Shown one piece after another: positions 56,401 to 64,000 of a DNA stretch of 64,000 nucleotides (position 1 is the first letter of the stretch; every line of letters starts with the position of its first letter). Source of the DNA: Eledone cirrhosa. Taxonomy: Eukaryota. The stretch covers positions 253,270,001 through 253,334,000 of the forward strand of contig OZ024742.1 in assembly GCA_964016885.1 (NCBI GenBank). Reading direction: 5' to 3'. A program made the position numbers and the translations under genes. Under the pieces are notes generated by a model, which was given only the letters and a program-made list of their open reading frames with translations, had not been told where the DNA came from and did no database searches.

Positions 56401-56714
56401 TAATTCCATATATGGTCAAAGAGATAATCACCAGGATTGGTCATCCCACAAGGTAGTAGTAATTCAGCGATGGCAAGTTGGTGGGGGAGGTAGCCAAACC
56501 AGCCAGTAGGAGAAAAGGGGAGAGGGGGCGGAGTAGACCCATTCATGCGTTGGTGGTGCCAGCTACAGCTGGGTGTGAGGTCAAAGAGGAGGCAGGGGAG
56601 GGGGATGGGGAGGAGGTCAATACGGTAAGTAGAACGATGAAAATGTAAAACTGTAAAGGGTACTGAGAGAGAAAAGAAATATAAGCGGAATCTGGTTACT
56701 AAGAAATAGGCTGG

Positions 56715-57080
56715 AGAAATACATAAATAAGTAAATAAGAAATACATAAATAATATTCCACATAAGTAAATAAGAAATACAAAAATAATATTCCACATAA
56801 GTAAATAAGAAATACAAAAATAATATTCCACATAAGTAAATAAGAAATACATAAAGAATATTCCACATAAGTAAATAAGAAATACATGAATAATATTCCA
56901 CATAAGTAAATAAGAAATACATAAGTAATATTCCACATAAGTAAATGAGAAATACGTAAATAATATTCCACATAAGTAAATAAGAAAATATTCCACATAA
57001 GTAAATAAGAAATACATAAGTAATATTCCACATAAGTAAATAAGAAATACGTAAATAATATTCCACAAGAAATACATAAG
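56715..57080. repeat. 35-bp tandem repeat, about 10 copies
   Basis: Unit aatattccacataagtaaataagaaatacataaat. Confidence 0.92.
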
Positions 57081-57227
57081 TGAGTAAATAAACAAATAAG
57101 TGAGTAAAAGGATGGATAGATAGATTTGTCTGAAGAAGGCATAACATATTGTTAATATGATATCCCTGAAATATATATAATGAAATAAATATGGTTTTAT
57201 AAATATAGTTTCCATTTATTTAATATC

Positions 57228-57318
<91 letters not shown>

Positions 57319-57796
57319 GTAGAATAAAAAGAATAAGAAAACAAATGATAGAAAAAAAAACCTAGGTGTGACGGAGATAAATATGCGGGGTATAAGTGCG
57401 TGTATCGTACGGTGACGGGTCAACAGAGGGGGGTCGGAATACTACAGAGACCACCACGAAAAAAATAAATAAATAACGGTTTCTACCCCAAACACCGGGC
57501 CAGCAACCACCCAGTGCAAGAAAGTAGACTAGTACGAGAATGTAATTTAGGGTCCCGCAAAAAAATACTGGTGCTAACTCTAAGGGTACCGCCACGAAAC
57601 AAAATGTCTTATACAAGCTACAAGAAAAGTCGTACGAATTAAAAATAAAGAACGGAAAATTAATACAGGAAAAAGGGAGAAAAGGGAAAAAGGGAAAAAG
57701 AAAGAGATACTGGATCGATAAAAAAAGTGTAAAGGAAGATCTTACGTCTCCATAGGCAAGCAGGGGTTACCCATTACAAAATAGGCAAGTGGGGTG

Positions 57797-59357
57797 TTAT
57801 AGGCTACCCCCCGGGTCATTAAGGGGTTTGAGGGCGAGGTAAGTCCTACGTAATCGGTGTTTACATGCAGTAACCAGTTCATCTTTCTTGTTAAGGAGTT
57901 GGTCCGTCGAAAACAGCATTTGTAATGTTTCCTCCGAGCATAAATTGCACGGACGGCGTCCTCCCGTGTAGGAGTTGGCTCTGGACAGTAATTTCCAAGT
58001 GAGATCATAGTTGATGTTGTTGTCCTTGAGGTCCCATATGTGGCCCGAAAGTGTGGTGGCGTGACGCCGGGCCGGGTTTCGGAAGGTATGTCTGTGTTGG
58101 TATAGCCGGGTCTTGAAGTCGCATGCGGTCAATCCTATATAAGCTTTGTTGGAGGTGTCCGTGCTCACGTTGCACTGGTAGATCACATTACGGTCTCTGC
58201 ATCTGTTGTCGAGGGGGCAACTTGATCCATCAGGACAGTTGCACCTCCTGGTCGGCTCTCCACTGCTATTTGGGTTGTTTCTTCCATCGGGGTTGAGTTT
58301 TTTGTTGTTGGAGGAGACGATGTTTTGTGCGAAGTTAGGTGTAGTGCTGTAAGAGAGTTTGATGGTATTTTTGTTAATTATGTTGTGGTAGCGGTGTTGT
58401 AGTGGGAAGTGTTTTTCAATGAGCCTAAAGAAAATTTTCCCGATGGGAGTTGTCACCTCGGCGTTGTGGGGAGGATTGAACCATGTTACATTTCGTGAGC
58501 GGCGGTGTCGCCTGCTGGTTCCGCTAATGGGAGCTGGACAGTAGGATATTTCCTCCCGGAAACCACTCCGCTTGAGGGCCTGGTTGTAGTAAGGCGCGTG
58601 TTCATCGAATATCCTCTCATTAGCTGACAAACGGGATATACGGAGGGAGATGTTTTTGACCAGGTTGTTGGTGATGTTTCTGGGATGGTTAGATCGGCGG
58701 TGGATGTAGTGCAGGTTGTCATTGGGTTTCCTGTATGGGTAGTACAGGTCATTGTTGAGATCGAGGGTAACGTCCAGGAAATTAACTCGGGTCAGGGACG
58801 TCTGTAGGGTTATTTTAAATCCCCAGTCGCGGAAGAAGCTGGTTAATTGTTTACGGACCCGGTCTGTACTACTGGGGTTGTACCCTTTAAGGGTAAGGAG
58901 CCCATCATCACGGTACAATCCTCCACCAAAAGCCGGAAACATATCGGTGAGTTTGGCTATCAGGAATAATCCTATAAGATCTGTGACCTCCGCCGAGTCG
59001 GTAGCGCCCATGCTGACGTCCAAGGGTGAGTCGGGAGCTCTTTTTATCCATTTGGAGTTGTCAAAGAGTAAGACTGTCTTCCTGGCGTGGAGGCTGATTT
59101 TTCTTTCCTGGTCGGTGATGGGCACAAGTGCTTCGGCGAAGTCCAAGGCGGCAGTGAGTAGCGGTAAGGTGATTGAAGCGTAGTAGCTCTCTATGTCGAA
59201 CTGGATAAATTTAGTGTCTCGTTTATCCTCCAAATTGCTGAACCATGAGACAACTTCCTGGCTGTTAATCCATAGGCTAAGTCGGGCGTGTTGCTTGACT
59301 TTAGGTATCACGCGGTCTAGGATTTTTTTGCTGATTCTCCCTATGACGGACTTTGTT

Positions 59358-59364
<7 letters not shown>
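57797..59364 (-). CDS. PLE reverse transcriptase-GIY-YIG ORF (5'-truncated, uninterrupted)
   Basis: [30 protein letters not shown] and WFNPP, then CNC..CPL, NVIY..YIGLT..FKTR. The ORF-track N-terminus is an artefact of the (TA)n run. Confidence 0.9.
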
Positions 59365-59443
<79 letters not shown>

Positions 59444-59531
59444 AACAAAGTCCGACATAGGGAGAGTCAGCAAAAAATTCCTAGACCGCGTGATACCTAA
59501 AGTCAAGCAACACGCCCGACTTATATATATA

Positions 59532-59638
<107 letters not shown>

Positions 59639-59850
59639 CGTTTCTGAATTTGTTTAGCATGATTCTTTATCTGAAATCGTGTGTTGAAACCGATATTGTT
59701 ATACTTTGGGAGGGTCATGTTGCCAATAAGAAACATACGCACCAGTTGCTTTCACTTCAATTTATTATATATTTATAAATTTATAAATTTACAAATTTAC
59801 AAATTTCTGGTTGGTTGGTTGGTTCCACAACCAGATAGTTGTTTATATAT

Positions 59851-59895
59851 AGTCATAGTCCTTTCGTCACACACTCTGTGACCTCTTCAGTGACT
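59851..59895 (-). ncRNA. Type I HHR motif in pLTR (mirror copy)
   Basis: Reverse complement of 61531-61575. Confidence 0.75.
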
Positions 59896-60195
59896 GGGGA
59901 TTCCTTTCCTTTGTTTCTGTGCCTTTCCTTTCTTCTATCCTACGCCATTTTGTTTCTGTGTGTGTGTTGTGTGCTCAGTTTGCGCATGCGCCACATCCGG
60001 GTGTCTGTGTGTGTTTGTGTTCATTTATCTATTTGTTTATTTATTTATTTATTTATTGTTGGTTGGTTGTTTGTTCTATGTGTGTGTGTTTTCATTTTGT
60101 CCTGTGTGTGTTTTCATTTTGTCCTTAATTGTAAGTTGTTTGTTCTATGTGTGTGTGTGTTTTCATTTTGTCCTGTGTGTGTTTTCATTTTGTCC

Positions 60196-61329
60196 TTAAT
60201 TGTAAGTTGTGATGTTGCTGTTCCACTCATATTTTCTATTTAATTTTGGTTTTAATTCTTTTATGCTTACTGCCTCTGTAATTTGCCTAAACATTGCGTC
60301 TTTTCTGTGTGTGGATTCTATTTTTATTTCTATGTTCTCTAGTCTACACCTGTGTTCTATCTTAGCATGTTGGTAGAGCACAGATGATTCTTTATTATCT
60401 TGGAGGTCTCGCCAGTGTTCATTTATTCGTTCCCCTATACTATGATCTGTCTCACCTATGTACACTATATTTTTGTTTCTACATTGTCCTTCTGTACATC
60501 TTATGCTATACACTACATTTCTAGTTTTACAGTTAATATGGGGGCTTATTTTACAGGTTATACATTTCTTATCTATACATGAGGGTCTTTGGAACGGGTA
60601 TGTCTTGCTAATAAGTGTTTTTACGGAGGTACCTGGTCTTTCTACTATCTTAATATTGAGATTATGTTTATTTAGGGCCCTTCTAAATTTGTTGGCTAGT
60701 TCGCCTCTAGGGGTTGTATTGATGAACATTACACTCTGGTATTTATTGCTATCATACCATGAGTTTATTCTATTGGCCTTGTTCCTAGTTCTTTCTATTC
60801 TATTCCAAAATTTGCTCCTATACAAGGGGCAGGTCCCATTTATGTCATTATTTACCATTTTTTCCCATTTGGTTCTGGCTCCTTTATACACTCTGATTCT
60901 ATCTCTCTGATTGTAGCCAGAGAACTGCATACGGTGGATGAAGTGTTGTATGTGTCTCTCTAGTTCTTCGGGGTTGCACATGCGGGACACATTTCTCATC
61001 ACCCGTACCAAATCCGCAATCAGTATGTTGATTTTGGTATGGTCCGAAATGGCCGAATTTCGGTGGATCAGATGTTTGGAAGTCATGGGTTTGGCATAAT
61101 GGGAATGGAGGATTTGTTTTTGGTTGTTAATGGTATCTAACCAGAGCTCTGTGTCTAGTACAGGTAATCGATGGTTGGGGTGTCTACTTGGGTAGTCTAT
61201 AGTAACTCTAATGCTCTGGTGGATGGAGTTTGCTATTTGCTGGATGCTTTCCATTGTGTTTTTCTCTAGTTCCTGACTGTTCTTTAGTGGGGGTGTCTTA
61301 ACTACGATGTTTATATCATCTACGTAGCG
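60196..61329 (-). CDS. PLE RT C-terminus + GIY-YIG endonuclease (partial)
   Basis: Open frame from RYVDD to the stop codon. The first ~86 aa of the ORF-track call are antisense pLTR. Confidence 0.88.
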   Translation of the reverse strand, partial: RYVDDINIVVKTPPLKNSQELEKNTMESIQQIANSIHQSIRVTIDYPSRHPNHRLPVLDTELWLDTINNQKQILHSHYAKPMTSKHLIHRNSAISDHTKINILIADLVRVMRNVSRMCNPEELERHIQHFIHRMQFSGYNQRDRIRVYKGARTKWEKMVNNDINGTCPLYRSKFWNRIERTRNKANRINSWYDSNKYQSVMFINTTPRGELANKFRRALNKHNLNIKIVERPGTSVKTLISKTYPFQRPSCIDKKCITCKISPHINCKTRNVVYSIRCTEGQCRNKNIVYIGETDHSIGERINEHWRDLQDNKESSVLYQHAKIEHRCRLENIEIKIESTHRKDAMFRQITEAVSIKELKPKLNRKYEWNSNITTYN

Positions 61330-61530
61330 GGAAAACACACACACACATAGAACAAACAACCAACCAACAATAAATAAATAAATAAATAAACAAATAGATA
61401 AATGAACACAAACACACACAGACACCCGGATGTGGCGCATGCGCAAACTGAGCACACAACACACACACAGAAACAAAATGGCGTAGGATAGAAGAAAGGA
61501 AAGGCACAGAAACAAAGGAAAGGAATCCCC

Positions 61531-61575
61531 AGTCACTGAAGAGGTCACAGAGTGTGTGACGAAAGGACTATGACT
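61531..61575 (+). ncRNA. Type I HHR motif in the PLE 5' pLTR
   Basis: agtca CTGAAGA g gtcaca gagtg tgtgac GAAA ggac TA tgact. Confidence 0.75.
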
Positions 61576-62761
61576 ATATATAAACAACTATCTGGTTGTG
61601 GAACCAACCAACCAACCAGAAATTTATAAGTTTGTAAATTTGTAAATTTATAAATTTATAAATATATAATAAATTGAAGTGAAAGCAACTGGTGCGTGTG
61701 TTTCTTATTGGCAACATGACCCTCCCAAAGTATAACAATATCGGTTTCAACACACGATTTCAGATAAAGAATCTTGCTAAACAAATTCAGAAACGAAATA
61801 TCGTAAGCCTTAGTCAGGCTAACAAGATACTGAAAACCACCATGTTCTGTTGTCTACGAAAAACCATAACATCTCGACAACTACACTTCATAAAACTGTG
61901 CACCACTTCTAGATTCTACACCAACACCATCAATACCGATGTTGGAAGATTACAACTCACCAAAAAACAAGCAGATAGGCTAAAACGAACTTTAATTCTA
62001 AACATAAAAAAGAAGATCTATAGAGAATTAAGTCATCAAGAAAAACAAAAGCGTAACCTAATACAAGAAATAGCTAAAATAACCACACCAACAGAAAAAC
62101 TAATATTTATAAGCCTTATACGCCCCGAAGAACAGTACATTACTCAAGAATGTGATAAGCACTTTAACAGAAAACTAAAGTGGCTTAAACAGGCAAAGCT
62201 AAATCGGGATACTATAGAGTATATCAATAGATATCCCGACAAAATTGACGGTATCAACATGGCCGACACCCCATTATCAGAAGAGTTCAACAACGAAAAT
62301 ACCAACATTTATGGAAACACGGAAATAGATAATAATGAAATGTCTGTGTTATGTCTGCCACCCAAATTTGCGACATTCAAGAAGGTAAATATGATTAGTG
62401 GTCTGTCAGAAATAGAAAAATCATTTACAAAACTACGCTGGAGCATCAAGAACAAAAGCAACAATATACGCACACACATATACAACACACATCCCAACAA
62501 CAACAGACACACAGACACAAACAACAATAACAACAACACACACATCAACAACAAAAACAATAGCAACATACCCAGATACAACAACAACAGACACGCAGAC
62601 ACAAACAACAATAACAACACACACAACAACGATAACACACACGGAGACAACAATAACAACAACACATACATCAACAACAACAACAATAGCAACATACCCA
62701 GATACAACAACAACAGACACGCAGACACAAACAACAATAACAACACACACAACAACGATAA

Positions 62762-64000
62762 CACACACGGAGACAACAACAACACACATCAACAACAACA
62801 ACACACACGCATTCAATGCCTCTCACCACCACCACAATCTTAACAAACACACAGACACAGAAAACAAGTAATGACAGTAGCATAGAAATCAGAGAAATAA
62901 GAGAAAGTAATAGGATTAAAAGGAAAAGGAGATGGGAGACTAAGGACAAAGAGAATAACCAAGACGAACACACAGACACACAAAATAGGGTAGATAACAA
63001 CATTGAGCCAGTGGAAAGAGACAGGAGTAATTATGAGAGACATAGAAACAACCATGAGGCTGAGGCTGTTGGTGGAAATAGAAATAGAAACAACACAACT
63101 AACAATAATAATAGCACTAGTACACATAAAGCAGCAGCCTGGAACTCTCCGTTTTATAACCCATCCGATAAATCATTCGACCTACGACGAGTCCACGCCA
63201 CGACTCTGCCATTTAACAAACGCACGCAGTTGCCGTCGCAGGTCGATGAACAAACAGAAGCACAATTTAGTATAGCTAAATCCGAACTTAGAAATATTAT
63301 AGAACAGTATAGCAAGAAGCATAATAGAATAGAGGCCCAGCAACTGGGAGAAAAATCTGCAAATGGCTTGCGTAAGCTCATGCAGCGCTCGCGTAATGGA
63401 GAGATAGCATGTTTTCCAACAGACAAGTCTGGCAGAATGTCGGTTGACAGCCTGCCAAACTACATCCAGGCAATGCAACCCCACATCACTAACACAAGAG
63501 AGGTAACACCACAGGAGCATGAGGATAGAGAAAAAGCCCTCAATGCCCATATGGTGATGTGGACGAATATAATGCAGCCCAACAAAAGGACTGCCAACAA
63601 CTTCCAGGCCTGGAACAATGACGTGCCGGCGTTGTATGGGCTTCGAAATGACCATAAAACGGGCTGGGACCCTGTCGCGGGACCACCAACACGGCCAGTC
63701 TGTGGGGCTAACATTGCTAGTAACTACAGACTGTCCTACTTCCTCTCCCTGATCATACGCCCCATCATTGAGATGTCCCCAGATGTGTGTGACAGCACGG
63801 AGGACCTCCTCAGCAGAATCGGCGCGAGTAACCGATCTGGGGACCTAACAAACTGCATAATAGGCAGTATGGATGTTGTGTCCCTGTATCCATCTATTGA
63901 CGTGGATTTTGCTGTGGAGAAATGCGTAGAAATGATCAGCGAGAGCAAGGTTGAGTTCCGTGGGATTGATACCAGTGAGCTGGGACTTCTACTTAAGCTT
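62762..64000 (+). CDS. PLE RT N-terminal part (open to the window end, so absent from the ORF track)
   Basis: Hand translation shows no stop. It contains the PLE DKG-like motif (DKS) and RT motif A (DVVSLYP). Confidence 0.85.

Larger units (their letters stand above)
56214..59523 (-). mobile_element. 5'-truncated Penelope-like element with a long 3' UTR, in (TA)n
   Basis: RT + GIY-YIG ORF, an HHR-like motif near the 3' end and a short inverted 5' piece. Assignment of 56214-57230 to this same element is inferred. Confidence 0.85.
61331..64000 (+). mobile_element. Penelope-like element 5' portion (pLTR + N-terminal ORF + start of RT), running off the window
   Basis: ORF 61692-62843, then a second frame open from 62762 to the window end with FPTDKSGRM, LYGLRNDHK, RPVCGA and GSMDVVSLYPSI. 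Confidence 0.9.

Overview
Eukaryotic, AT-rich, repeat-saturated DNA with no confidently identifiable host gene. The (TA)n/(CAT)n microsatellite density and the SINE/RTE content suggest a coleoid cephalopod such as an octopus; this is inference. The window holds about 8 RTE-clade LINE copies (one near full length, most with a PHD-like finger after the RT core) and fragments of R4/Dong-, CRE-, L1/Tx1- and CR1/L2-like LINEs. It also has two tRNA-derived SINE families, non-autonomous Helitrons, a mariner fragment, a 3.2-kb satellite with a ~65-bp unit, and three Penelope-like element (PLE) insertions that retain coding sequence. The most striking signal is at least 14 loci with type I hammerhead-ribozyme (HHR) motifs, intact or decayed. 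Most lie in sequence-unrelated fold-back elements (0.3-3.6 kb) inserted in (TA)n arrays. In seven of these, the inverted copy ends about 50-80 nt (mostly 51-60 nt) downstream of the predicted cleavage site, usually at a U-rich tract ending in UA. All motifs, folds and coordinates were read by eye.
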